A DNA stretch of 64,000 bases from Eledone cirrhosa. Taxonomy: Eukaryota. The stretch covers positions 1,426,001 through 1,490,000 of the forward strand of contig OZ024764.1 of NCBI GenBank assembly GCA_964016885.1, read 5' to 3'. The translations under genes and the position numbers were made by a program. The notes below the pieces were generated by a model that made no database searches, was not told the DNA's origin, and was given only the letters and a program-made list of their open reading frames with translations. This document shows, one piece after another, positions 11,865-25,008 of this stretch (the stretch's first letter is position 1; each line of letters begins with the position of its first letter).

Positions 11865-13329
11865 CTCTGAATTGAGAGATCACAGCTCTGATACTACAGA
11901 CATGTGGTTAGAATGTCTCAGGAAAGAATCTCTGAATTTAGAGATCACAGCTCTGATACTACAGACATGTGGTTAGAATGTCTCGGGAAAGAATCTCTGA
12001 ATTGAGAGATCACAGCTCTGATACTACAGACATGTGGTTAGATTGTCTCAGGAAAGAATCTCTGAATTGAGAGATCACAGCTCTGATACTACAGACATGT
12101 GGTTAGAATGTCTGAGGAAAGAATCTCTGAATTGAGAGATCACAGCTCTGATACTACAGACATGTGGTTAGAATGTCTGAGGATAGAATCTCTGAATTGA
12201 GAGATCGCAGCTCTGATACTACAGACATGTGGTTAGAATGTCTGAGGAAAGAACCTCTGAATTGAGAGACCACAGCTCTGATACTACAGACATGAGGTTA
12301 GAATGTATCGGGAAAGAATCTCTGAATTAAGAGATCACAGCTCTGATACTACAGACATGTGGGTAGAATGTCTCAGGAAAGAATCTCTGAATTGAGAGAC
12401 CACAGCTCTGATACTACAGACATGTGGTTAGAATGTCTCAGGAAAGAATCTTTGAATTGAGAGATCACAGCTCTGATACTACAGACATGTGGTTAGAATG
12501 TCTCAAGAAAGAATCTCTGAATTGAGAGATCACAGCTCTGATACTACAGACATGTGGTTAGAATGTCTCAGGAAAGAATCTCTGAATTGAGAGATCACAA
12601 CTCTGATACTACAGACATGTGGTTAGAATATCTCAGGAAAGAATCTCTGAATTGAGAGATCACAACTCTGATACTACAGACATGTGGTTAGAATATCTCA
12701 GGAAAGAATCTCTGAATTGAGAGATCACAGCTCTGATACTATGGACATGTGGTTAGAATGTCTCAGGAAAGAATCTCTGAATTGAGAGATCACTGCTCTG
12801 ATACTACAGACATGTGGTTAGAATGTCTGAGGAAAGAATCTCTGAATTGAGAGATCACTGCTCTGATACTACAGACATGTGATTAGAATGTCTGAGGAAA
12901 GAATCTCTGGATTGAGAGATCACAGCTCTGATACTACAGACATGTGATTAGAATGTCTGAGGAAAGAATCTCTGGATTAAGAGATCACAGCTCTGATACT
13001 ACAGACATGTGGTTAGAATGTCTCAGGAAAGAATCTCTGAATTGAGAGATCACAGCTCTGATACTACAGACATGTGGTTAGAATGTCTCAGGAAAGAATC
13101 TTTGAATTGAGAGATCACAGCTCTGATACTATGGACATGTGGTTAGAATGTCTCAGGTAAGAATCTTTGAATTGAGAGATCACAGCTCTGATACTACAGA
13201 CATGTGGTTAGAATGTCTGAGGAAAGAATCTCTGAATTGAGAGACCACAGCTCTGATACTACAGACATGTGGTTAGAATGTCTCAGGAAAGAATCTCTGA
13301 ATTGAGAGATCACAGCTCTGATACTACAT
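11865..13329 (+). repeat. 65-bp satellite (~22 copies)
   Basis: ctctgaattgagagatcacagctctgatactacagacatgtggttagaatgtctcaggaaagaat at 11865, 11930, 11995, 12060... Confidence 0.97.
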
Positions 13330-14902
13330 AACATATACATTACTCTACATATACTATTGTATTTTCACAGTAAAGGCTTTACCTCACATATCTCACATAA
13401 CATTTACATTACTCTATATATACTATTGTATTGTCACAGTAAAGGCTTTACCTCACATAACATTTACACTACTCTATATATACTATTGTATTTTCACAGT
13501 AAAGGCTTTACCTCACATAATATCTCACATAACATTTACATTACTCTATATATACTATTTTATTTTCACAGTAAAGGCTTTACCTCACATATCTCACATA
13601 ACATTTACATTACTCTATATATACTATTGTATTTTCACAGTAAAGGCTTTACCTCACATAATACCTCACATAACATTTACAGTACTCTATATATACTATT
13701 GTATTTTCACAGTATAGGCTTTACCTCACATAATATCTCACATAACATTTACATTACTCTATATATACTATTGTATTTTCACAGTAAAAGCTTTACCTCA
13801 CATAATATCTCACATAACATTTATATTACTCTATATATACTATTGTATTTTCACAGTAAAGGCTTTACCTCACATAATATCTCACATAACATTTACATTA
13901 CTCTATATATACTATTGTATTTTCACAGTAAAAGCTTTACCTCACATAATATCTCACATAACATTTACATTACTCTATATATACTATTGTATTTTCACAG
14001 TAAAAGCTTTACCTCACATAATATCTCACGTAACATTTACATTACTCTATATATACTATTGTATTTTCACAGTAAAAGCTTTACCTCACATAATATCTCA
14101 CATAACATTTACATTACTCTATATATACTATTGTATTTTCACAGTAAAAGCTTTACCTCACATAATATCTCACGTAACATTTACATTACTCTATATATAC
14201 TATTGTATTTTCACAGTAAAAGCTTTACCTCACATAATATCTCACATAACATTTATATTACTCTATATATACTATTGTATTTTCACAGTAAAGGCTTTAC
14301 CTCACATAATACCTCACATAACATTTACGTTACTCTATATATACTATTGTATTTTCACAGTAAAAGCTTTACCTCACATAATATCTCACATAACATTTAC
14401 ATTACTCTATATATACTATTGTATTATCACAGTAAAGGCTTTACCTCACATAATATCTCACATAACATTTACATTACTCTATATATACTATTGTATTTTC
14501 ACAGTAAAAGCTTTACCTCACATAATATCTCACATAACATTTACATTACTCTATATATACTATTGTATTTTCACAGTAAAAGCTTTACCTCACATAATAT
14601 CTCACATAACATTTACACTACTCTATATATACTATTGTATTGTCACAGTAAAGGCTTTACCTCACATAATATCTCATATAACATTTACATTACTCTATAT
14701 ATATACTATTGTATTGTCACAGTAAAGGGTTTACCTCACATAATATCTCACATAACATTTACATTACTCTATATATACTATTGTATTTTCACAGTAAAGG
14801 CTTTACCACACATAATATCTCGCATAACATTTACATTACTCTATATATACTATTGTATTTTCACAGTAAAGGCTTTACCTCACATAATATCTCACATAAC
14901 AT
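13327..14902 (+). repeat. 72-bp satellite, left of the Tx1 insertion
   Basis: cacataatatctcacataacatttacattactctatatatactattgtattttcacagtaaaggctttacct; 24-aa periodicity in the ORF track. Confidence 0.97.
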
Positions 14903-15113
14903 CTCGTATACGAGAGACGTGTGTTGACGTGTGTGAACAAGCTCGGCTACCGAGTCGGATTTACTTACTCAAAAAGTGAGTTTTGATTAATTTTTTTATA
15001 CTGTAATATACGTTAACCCCTTGCCTTGGTCGTCAAACTTTGAGTTTATTTATTTTCGCCCCTTTTTGGGGCGAATTTTCCAGTTAAAAATTTATTACGG
15101 CAAACTAATAGAA

Positions 15114-16847
15114 ATGGACGGAATTTTCACATCTCATCCTAACGTGAAAGCCACGCCCCCTAAGAAAGGTGATACAGAGAAGCTAGAAGCACAAGGCTCT
15201 AAGTCTTCCCTCCTCACTTCTGCAAAAGAAACATGGAACACGGAATTAAAAGAAAAATTTGTAAAAATGGGTGAAATCCCAGAAAGTCACATAAACGCAG
15301 ACAAAAACAACAACGACAATAACAGCAATAGTCACAACACCAACCAAGGAAAAAATAACGATAACACCAAACAAAGCGAACCCACTACTGGTGCCTCCTT
15401 TGCACAGGCGGTCCGGAAAACACAAACCTGCAAGCAACTGGACATTACAACTCTGAGAGAAAAGATGAAGGAAGCGAAACAGTATGTAACTTTCAAAGAA
15501 GGAGGAGACTTCACAATCACCTCCCCACAAGAAATCAAAAGAGACACGACGCTAAGAACGATATCTTTCAGAACAATTTCCAACATAACAAGGAAACCAA
15601 CTCAATTATCCCAAAAAGAGATTGAGCTGGTCCTAAAAAAATGTGTGGAGTGATATATCGTTCATACAAAAAGGGCCACTCTATGGGAATATAACGGTCC
15701 TAATGAAGGATCAATTGACGGCCAGGAAATACTCTGTGGTGCCAATTGTTTCCAAGCTACATACATTTTTCCCCACATATTTAGGGAAAAGAACGCAGAA
15801 GATAAGGGTCTCCGGAATCCGGCCAAATGCATGCATTTCCTGGGTACTAACAGGATTTTTAGAAGACGAGGACGGAATCCTCTCAGTAGGAGAAGTCACC
15901 ACAGACGTTTTCGGCGGTTTGAGCGTGGAGGTTCTGGTCCAAATGAGACCAGAACGAATCGCTAGAATACCACAGAGGGTGTCCCTCGATGGAGAAACAT
16001 TTATATATATTTCAGCCGAGGGTAGGAGGCCCATATGTTACTACTGTTCAAGCAGGGGTCATCTAAGGGCTGCTTGTCCTCAATTGACAAAAAAAAGGCT
16101 CTTTTGCCTACACCCCACACACCACCACCGCCACCACCACCACCACCACCACCTCCACCACCACAACAACAAAAACAACAGGGAAAAATAACACAAGACA
16201 CGGCCCCACCCAAAACAACTCCCAAAACACACACAAATACAACAAAACCCCAAAATACACCACTACCCGACAGCACGGACGAGGACCCAGCGGAAACGGC
16301 ACCTAGTGACGAAGAGGGGGAACCCTTCCAACCTGTAAAAAGGAAAAAAAGAAAGCACCACTCGAACATAAACGAAACAAACACACAACCACCAACAAAA
16401 ACAAAACAAACAGAACAAACAAAATCCGCCCCACCCCAAAACATAACACATACAACAAAACGTAAGCACACACAAGAACAACAAACAAACACAACACAAA
16501 TAAAACAGTATACATACATTAACACAAATAACAAAGAACTAGTAAAAACAATACACAAAGACCCTTTGGTGGAAACTGAAGGGCAATTCTTTGCAAGCGC
16601 GGCTAACAAACCGCATTTAAAAATGATAAGACTCCCAATGGACACCTATGCAAAACTAAGAGAGAACTTTCCTGAGGACGTGGGGAAAACATGTACTCGA
16701 CCCTATAACCGCGTCCTCTTGAAACGTTTCCCCACCCACACCTCACCAAACACCCCCACTCCACCACAGAACAACACCCCACCAAACAACCCCTCCAATA
16801 CGCCCATGGATATTGTGCAACCTGCTCCTCAGGAGCCGAACAGGTAG
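15114..16847 (+). pseudogene. Tx1 ORF1 (gag-like zinc-knuckle protein) split by two frameshifts at A-runs
   Basis: SFAQAV motif, CYYCSSRGHLRAAC knuckle, Pro/Thr-rich tail with FQPVKRKKRK; shifts at A7 (15635-15641) and A8 (16089-16096). Confidence 0.8.
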
Positions 16848-16868
16848 GTCCTTCCTCTTTTAACCAAC

Positions 16869-19800
16869 ATGGCTGATATAAGAGTTGGGTGTCTGAATGT
16901 ACGCGGCCTGGGACTGTCTTGGAAACAAGGCAAACTTTTAAACGATCTCAGGTCGCATAGAATGGATGTAATGGCTATTTGCGAGTCCAGGATCAGCAGC
17001 GAGCACCAACTGGCGCCCCTCTTCGACGACTTTGAGATCTTCGCATCTCTCTGTCAACCGGGGGGTGGGGGTGGAGTTGTCGTTCTGCTGCGAAAACACC
17101 TGGGCCTCGCCATACAGAAGGTGCACCTGGACTCGGAGGGTCGACTGGTGGTTTTAGACGTCGGCAGTAGTGAAAGTGGAGCCCTTAGACTAATAGCTGT
17201 GTACGCCCCTTTTTGGGCAGCGCGGCCGGAATACTTCCAACGTCTGGAAACTTTTCTGGGAACGTCCCGCTCCTTGCTTTTAGTGGGGGACTGGAATGGT
17301 ATCCTGGATGCACGTTGGGACTATGTAGGGGCATGTGCCAATAGAGGGGGGTGTAAAAGCCTCAAAAGGTTAATCGGCCGATTTGACCTGGCCGATAGAT
17401 ATCGACTAGATTTTCCGACTGTACCACTATGGACGTGGACCAATCGCAGTGGAACATCTAGGTCGTACCTAGATAGGGTCCTAGTTAGAGAGAACGATAG
17501 GGACACATTTAGCTGTCCAAAAATGTTCATGGTTGACTATTCGGATCACAAGTTAGTGACCTGCATAGCCAACCTTGATAGAACCCATAGACAGGGACCC
17601 GGTTACTGGAAGCTGAACTTGTCCTTACCGAGAAGCAAAGCTTACAGTAAACGGATTAGCACGTTAGTTAAGCAGAATTTGACAGGGGCAATTGTCAACA
17701 ACAGGTGGTGGAGCTCTCTTAAGAGAGCAATTAGAATAGAATCGATAGGTTTTAGTCAGGAATTAGCAAGGGATAGGAACAAGACGGAAAGGGAATTAGT
17801 AGATAGAGTAGAAGAGGCGATTAGGAGTGGCAATGTAGCCGGCGTGCTGGCATCAAGAATGGCCTTAGACCAGTTCTTTGAGGTGAAGCATGAAGGCTGC
17901 GTTGTCAGGAGTAAAATACGTGCTCTGGGTAATGAGGGAGCCAAAGCTGTAAGCTGGGCCCGAGTGATAGAGGCAAAAAGTGGGAACAAGTCCACGATTC
18001 GGTCTTTGAAGGACCAGGATGGGCGTGTGATCCTTGAACCTGGGCAGATGTGTGCGGCCTTTCAGCGGCACTTTGCACGACTGTTCGAGAGGGGCGGCGC
18101 GCCGGGTGAGACTATGGATTTCAATCCATACCTCGACGGTCTGCCGCGCCTCTCGGACGCGGAGGCGAAGTCCTGCGAAAGGACGATTTCAGCTGCTGAG
18201 ATAGGGGCGGCGCTGAGCCAATGCGGCAAACGCAAATCCCCGGGTCTCGATGGTCTACCATACGAGCTATATGTAGCGATGCCGGACTTGTTCTCCGATA
18301 TCCTCGAAGCGGTCTACTGCAACTGGCAGCAGAACGGGAGAATTCCCAGTTCTGTGACCAAGGGCGTAGTTACGCTGGTGAGGAAGGATGAGAACAAGGG
18401 GGATGACATAAGTAACTTCAGGCCCATAACTCTGCTAAATACAGAGTTAAAGATTTTGGCCAAGGTGTTAGCGAAGAGGTTGGCGCTTGTCGTTGGAAAC
18501 CTGGTGGGAGAAGCGCAGACATGCGCAATCCCGTCCAGGTCCATTCACGACAATCTCCACCTTATGCGATACATCATAGAGAGGGTAGGGAATGAACCCG
18601 GCTTTGGTGGGGCCCTGATCAACTTGGATCAATCTAAAGCTTTCGATAGGGTTGACCATCGTTACCTGGATGCGGTGCTCGCGGCGGCAGGCTTCGGACC
18701 CGTTTTCAGGGGTTGGATTGCTGCGATGCACAGCAGCAACGTCTGCTCAAGGGTCAAGGTGAACGGCCACCTCTCGGAGCCGTTCCAAATCATGCGATCC
18801 ATCCGACAGGGATGCCCTCTCTCCTCCCTACTGTATGTGCTGGCTCTTGAGCCACTACTGCGGAAGTTGGAGCGGTTGCAGGGCATCCCTTTGGAACCGG
18901 GATTGCAGAAAGCGGCGTCGGCCTACGCCGATGACGTGACAGTAATGGTGTCGAAAACCTCGCAAATCGGTGAGATCGGCACCTTACTGGAGGAATATGA
19001 AAGGTTTACAGGAGCCAAGCTGAACCGGGACAAGTCCGTCGGTTTGCAACTCGGAACATGGAGAGGCAAACCGATGCCCTCCAACGACGTCGTCGGACGC
19101 TGGACGGAGGGCCCGGTGAAGCTGCTTGGGGTCTGGTTCGGACCAGACCTCCAGGTGGAGAAAAACTGGAACGAGGTAACGGCCAGGGTGTTTGCACTCA
19201 CCCAGAAGTGGGCCCAGTGCAAACTATCCCTGAAAGGTCGAGCGGAGGTGGCGAATACTTATATAGCATCCGTCATCTACTACCGCTTGACCGTCGTGCC
19301 TTGCCCAGTGAAAAGACTCGCCAAAATGGAGTGCGCGCTGTTCCAATTTCTTTGGAACAAGCGGACCCCTTTGGTGAGGAGATCCATCTGCTGTCAACAC
19401 CCTTCGAAAGGAGGGCTGGGGATGCCGTGGCTACAGATGCGTAAACACGCATTAAGGCTACGGCACCTCCAGGTATTCCTCACCGGTCAACCGGTGTGGG
19501 CCCCGTTTGTGAGGCGAGCCTTTCCCAGACTCGTCTCGCTCACCGAGCTGCAATCCTGGGTCAAGCAAAGACCGAGAAAAGTGGGCGACTGGCACATTGA
19601 ATGTGCCCAGGCGCTCACGGCCCTCTGGAAAGCGGACCCGGCAATCAGTGGAGACTCCACCTCGACATTCTATAGAGGGTTGGTACGCAGCAGGTGCGAC
19701 GATGCTCTCGGAGAAGCTCTAGGCATGGAGGAAGATGAACTGGCCAGTCTGTTCGGTAGGACGTTTGGCCCTGGACCGATGGACAACTTCCAAAAGTCCC

Positions 19801-20306
19801 TGGCTTGGCAGTGCTACCGAGGGGCTCTACCCGTTCGAGACAAGCTCCACAGGCATGGGAGCCTGGGTAGAGATCCTTTGAATAAGATCTGTCCGAGATG
19901 CGTGCATGATGACGAAACCGTTGCGCACGCATTCGTACACTGCCCAGGCATTGCTGACCTGTGGGGCTATGTGGAACGACTACTGTCGAGGGTGGGACCA
20001 ATCCGGTTGACCACCGAGTCCATTGTCACGATCAAACCGCCTCCCCCTTTCAAAAACGAAGGAGAGGCGGTTTTTCTCTGTGTGGTAGCCATGGCTAAAG
20101 AAGTTGTATGGTGGACGAGGCTGAAAGGGCTGAGGTCAGACACCTTTCTCTCCGGCCAACAACTGGTCCCCTTTTTCAAATACCATTTTAAAAGAAGGAT
20201 CAGAATGGAGAGAGAGGTGCTCTACCCCAGCAAGTTTTATGAAAGGTGGGTGAAAGTAGGGAGAATGGCCAGAGTGAATGGGTCTTCTCTCTATATCAGC
20301 CTGTAG
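16869..20306 (+). CDS. Tx1/L1 ORF2: AP endonuclease, reverse transcriptase and C-terminal zinc finger (1145 aa, uninterrupted)
   Basis: LNVRGL, VYAP, GDWN, SYLDR, SDH; KSPGLDGL, FRPITLLN, LDQSKAFDRV, RQGCPLS, YADD; CPRC..ETVAHAFVHC. Confidence 0.96.
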   Translation: MADIRVGCLNVRGLGLSWKQGKLLNDLRSHRMDVMAICESRISSEHQLAPLFDDFEIFASLCQPGGGGGVVVLLRKHLGLAIQKVHLDSEGRLVVLDVGSSESGALRLIAVYAPFWAARPEYFQRLETFLGTSRSLLLVGDWNGILDARWDYVGACANRGGCKSLKRLIGRFDLADRYRLDFPTVPLWTWTNRSGTSRSYLDRVLVRENDRDTFSCPKMFMVDYSDHKLVTCIANLDRTHRQGPGYWKLNLSLPRSKAYSKRISTLVKQNLTGAIVNNRWWSSLKRAIRIESIGFSQELARDRNKTERELVDRVEEAIRSGNVAGVLASRMALDQFFEVKHEGCVVRSKIRALGNEGAKAVSWARVIEAKSGNKSTIRSLKDQDGRVILEPGQMCAAFQRHFARLFERGGAPGETMDFNPYLDGLPRLSDAEAKSCERTISAAEIGAALSQCGKRKSPGLDGLPYELYVAMPDLFSDILEAVYCNWQQNGRIPSSVTKGVVTLVRKDENKGDDISNFRPITLLNTELKILAKVLAKRLALVVGNLVGEAQTCAIPSRSIHDNLHLMRYIIERVGNEPGFGGALINLDQSKAFDRVDHRYLDAVLAAAGFGPVFRGWIAAMHSSNVCSRVKVNGHLSEPFQIMRSIRQGCPLSSLLYVLALEPLLRKLERLQGIPLEPGLQKAASAYADDVTVMVSKTSQIGEIGTLLEEYERFTGAKLNRDKSVGLQLGTWRGKPMPSNDVVGRWTEGPVKLLGVWFGPDLQVEKNWNEVTARVFALTQKWAQCKLSLKGRAEVANTYIASVIYYRLTVVPCPVKRLAKMECALFQFLWNKRTPLVRRSICCQHPSKGGLGMPWLQMRKHALRLRHLQVFLTGQPVWAPFVRRAFPRLVSLTELQSWVKQRPRKVGDWHIECAQALTALWKADPAISGDSTSTFYRGLVRSRCDDALGEALGMEEDELASLFGRTFGPGPMDNFQKSLAWQCYRGALPVRDKLHRHGSLGRDPLNKICPRCVHDDETVAHAFVHCPGIADLWGYVERLLSRVGPIRLTTESIVTIKPPPPFKNEGEAVFLCVVAMAKEVVWWTRLKGLRSDTFLSGQQLVPFFKYHFKRRIRMEREVLYPSKFYERWVKVGRMARVNGSSLYISL

Positions 20307-20543
20307 GTGAAAGAAGAGGAAAAAGCGGAGACGAGGGAAGCACCTACTCTTTGTGCTCCTGAGGAGAAGGGTTACACATTTTTTCCGGGGTGTGTGCGAC
20401 CCATGTTAATGCCCCCTCCCTATTGAGGACTTCGTTTGTTGTTGTTATTTCATTGTTATATTTTTGTACTCGTTAATTATATGTAAACTTCCCCCCTTGT
20501 ATCTGTCCCTACCTTTTGTGCCCTAGTGGCAAATAAAGAAACC

Positions 20544-23387
20544 ACTCTATATATACTATTGTATTGTCACAGTAAAGGCTTTACCTCACATAATATCTCA
20601 CATAACATTTACATTACTCTATATATACTATTGTATTTTCACAGTAAAGTCTTTACCTCACATAATATCTCACATAGCATTTACATTACTCTATATATAC
20701 TATTGTATTGTCACAGTAAAGGCTTTACCTCACATAATATCTCGCATAACATTTACATTACTCTATATATACTATTGTATTGTCACAGTAAAGGCTTTAC
20801 CTCACATAATATCTCACATAACATTTACATTACTCTATATATATACTATTGTATTGTCACAGTATAGGCTTTACCTCACATAATATCTCATAACATTTAC
20901 ATTACTCTATATATACTATTGTATTGTCACAGTAAAGGGTTTACCTCACATAATATCTCGCATAACATTTACATTACTCTATATATACTATTGTATTGTC
21001 ACAGTAAAGGCTTTACCTCACATAATATCTCACATAACATTTACATTACTCTATATATATACTATTGTATTGTCACAGTATAGGCTTTACCTCACATAAT
21101 ATCTCACATAACATTTACATTACTCTATATACTATTGTATTGTCACAGTAAAGGCTTTACCTCACATAATATCTCGCATAACATTTACATTACTCTATAT
21201 ATTCTATTGTATTGTCACAGTAAAGGCTTTACCTCACATAATATCTCACATAACATTTACATTACTCTATATATACTATTGTATTTTCACAGTAAAGTCT
21301 TTACCTCACATAATACCTCACATAACATTTACATTACTCTATATATACTATTGTATTGTCACAGTATAGGCTTTACCTCACATAATATCTCACATAACAT
21401 TTACATTACTCTATATATACTATTGTATTGTCACAGTAAAGGCTTTACCTCACATAATATCTCGCATAACATTTACATTACTCTATATATATACTATTGT
21501 ATTGTCACAGTAAAGGCTTTACCTCACATAATATCTCACATAACATTTACATTACTCTATATATACTATTGTATTTTCACAGTAAAGTCTTTACCTCACA
21601 TAATATCTCACATAACATTTACATTACTCTATATACTATTGTATTGTCACAGTAAAGGCTTTACCTCACATAATACCTCACATAACATTTACATTACTCT
21701 ATACATACTATTGTATTGTCACAGTATAGGCTTTACCTCACATAATATCTCACATAACATTTACATTACTCTATATACTATTGTATTGTCACAGTAAAGG
21801 CTTTACCTCACATAATATCTCGCATAACATTTACATTACTCTATATATACTATTGTATTGTCACAGTAAAGGCTTTACCTCACATAATATCTCACATAAC
21901 ATTTACATTACTCTATATATACTATTGTATTTTCACAGTAAAGTCTTTACCTCACATAATACCTCACATAACATTTACATTACTCTATATATACTATTGT
22001 ATTGTCACAGTATAGGCTTTACCTCACATAATATCTCACATAACATTTACATTACTCTATATATACTATTGTATTGTCACAGTAAAGGCTTTACCTCACA
22101 TAATATCTCGCATAACATTTACATTACTCTATATATACTATTGTATTGTCACAGTAAAGGCTTTACCTCACATAATATCTCACATAACATTTACATTACT
22201 CTATATATATACTATTGTATTGTCACAGTATAGGCTTTACCTCACATAATATCTCATAACATTTACATTACTCTATATATACTATTGTATTTTCACAGTA
22301 GAGTCTTTACGTCACATAATACCTCACATAACATTTACATTACTCTATATATACTATTGTATTGTCACAGTAAAGGCTTTACCTCACATAATATCTCACA
22401 TAACATTTACATTACTCTATATATACTATTGTATTTTCACAGTAAAGTCTTTACCTCACATAATACCTCACATAACATTTACATAACTCTATATATACTA
22501 TTGTATTGTCACAGTATAGGCTTTACCTCACATAATATCTCACATAACATTTACATTACTCTATATATACTATTGTATTGTCACAGTATAGGCTTTACCT
22601 CACATAATATCTCATAACATTTACATTACTCTATATATACTATTGTATTTTCACAGTAAAGTCTTTACCTCACATAACACCTCACATAACATTTACATTA
22701 CTCTATATATACTATTGTATTGTCACAGTATAGGCTTTACCTCACATAATATCTCACATAACATTTACATTACTCTATATATACTATTGTATTGTCACAG
22801 TATAGGCTTTACCTCACATAATATCTCATAACATTTACATTACTCTATTTATACTATTGTATTGTCACAGTAAAGGCTTTACCTCACATAATATCTCACA
22901 TAACATTTACATTACTCTATATATACTATTGTATTGTCACAGTATAGGCTTTACCTCACATAATATCTCATAACATTTACATTACTCTATATATACTATT
23001 GTATTTTCACAGTAAAGGCTTTACCTCACATAATATCTCACATAACATTTACATTACTCTATATATACTATTGTATTGTCACAGTAAAGGCTTTACCTCA
23101 CATAATATCTCACATAACATTTACATTACTCTATATATACTATTGTATTGTCACAGTATAGGCTTTACCTCACATAATATCTCATAACATTTACATTACT
23201 CTATATATACTATTGTATTTTCACAGTAAGGGCTTTACCTCACATAATATTGAGTCTATGAGATTTTGATATTATTTATTTTGAGAACAATACCTTAACA
23301 TCAGTATGAGCGGTCAGTTACAGCCGGTTTGAACAGAAAAAGGTCATAGAATTCAGGCTGGATATTGGCAGTTTAAATGCTAAAGGG
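20544..23387 (+). repeat. 72-bp satellite (to ~23250) ending in a piggyBac-like MITE terminus
   Basis: Array followed by a ~140-bp unique segment ending taaatgctaaaggg|TTAA (23388-23391). Confidence 0.9.
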
Positions 23388-23544
23388 TTAATGATGTTTG
23401 AGCTGTGACCATTCTATCCACCACCACTATGACCATCACCAACAACACCTCTCCCCCACCAAATAACAGAATGATTTGGCCAGTGTCCAAAATAAAACTT
23501 AATGGCTCTGACTCTGTTGGTTGATGTCATTGTACTTTGGTTGT

Positions 23545-25008
23545 GATGGTGGTGTTGGTGGTGTGGTGGTGTTGGTGGTGTGGTGGTGGTGTAGTGGTGG
23601 TGGTGGTGTTGGTGGTGTTGGTGTAGTGGTTTGGTGGTGTGGTAGTGTGGTGGTGGTGTAGTGGTGGTGGTGATGGTGGTGGTGGTGTGGTGGTGTTGGT
23701 GTAGTGGTGTTGATGGTGGTGGTGGTGTTTGTGGTGGTGTTGGTGGTGGTGGTGTAGTGGTGTTGATGGTGGTGGTGGTGGTGTGGTGGTGTTGGTGGTG
23801 GTGGTGTTGGTGGTGTGGTGTTGGTGTAGTGGTGTGGTGGTGTTGCTGGTGTTGGTGGTGGTGGTGTAGTGGAGGTAGTGTGGTAGTGTTGGTGGAGGTG
23901 GTGGTGTAGTGGAGGTGGTGTGGTAGTGTTGGTGGAGGTGGTGTGGTGTAGTGGTGGTGGTGGAGGTGGTATGGTGTAGTGGTGGTGGTGGTGGTGGTAT
24001 ATTGGAGGTGGTGTGGTGGTGGTGTAGTGGAGGTGGTGTGTAGTGGAGGTGGTGGTGGTGTGGTGTGGAGGTGGTGGTGGTGGTGTGGTGTGGTGGAGTT
24101 ATAACAACCGGATATAGTGACTACTTTGAAAATATGTGACCCACATTTATTACTAATTTCTTTCTCACTTTTTTTGGTGAAAGTTCTAATGACTTTGACA
24201 TCATTTACTTCATCATAATTACTGCTAGACGCAGCATCACCATCACCACCACAACCATCACCATCACCATCACCACCACAACCATCACAACCATCATCAC
24301 CATCACCATCATCACCATCAGCATCACCCCCAACATCACAACTATCACCATCACCACCACCACCATCACCATCACAACCATCACCACCATCACTACCACC
24401 AACATCACAACCATCACCATCACCACCACAACCATCACCATCACAACCATCATCATCACCATCACCATCATCACCACCATCATCACCATCACCAACATCA
24501 CAACCATCACCATCACCACCACAACCATCATCACAACCATCACCACCATCACCATCACCAACATCACCATCACAACCATCACCATCATCATCATCACAAC
24601 CATCATCACCATCACCAACATCACAACCAACACCATCACCATCACAACCATCATCACCATCACCATCATCACCACCATCACCACCATCACCATCACCAAC
24701 ATCACAACCATCACCATCATCACCATCACAACCACCATCACCATCACCAACATCACAACCATCACTACCACAACCATCACCACCATCACCACCATCACTA
24801 CCACCAACATCACAACCATCACCAACATCACAACCATCACCACCACAACCATCGCCACCATCACTACCACCAACATCACAACCATCACCATTACCACCAT
24901 CATCACCATCACCATCATCATCACAACCATCAGCATCACAACCACCAACATCACAACCATCACCACCACCACCGCCATCACCACCACCATCATCACAGCC
25001 ATCACCAT
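23545..25008. repeat. (GGT)n tract then (CAC/CAT)n tract, separated by ~135 bp of unique sequence
   Basis: Direct inspection. Confidence 0.9.

Larger units (their letters stand above)
14903..20543 (+). mobile_element. Apparently full-length L1/Tx1-clade non-LTR retrotransposon (~5.6 kb)
   Basis: 5' UTR, CCHC ORF1, 21-nt spacer, APE-RT-Zn ORF2, 3' UTR ending AATAAAGAAACC; sharp junctions with the 72-bp satellite on both sides. Confidence 0.93.

Noticed and set aside
13357-14979. 540-aa ORF with a 24-aa repeat (also at 20526-23187 and 39522-41450)
   Set aside because: The 72-bp unit is divisible by 3, frequent 2-bp indels switch frames, and the unit is MITE-derived
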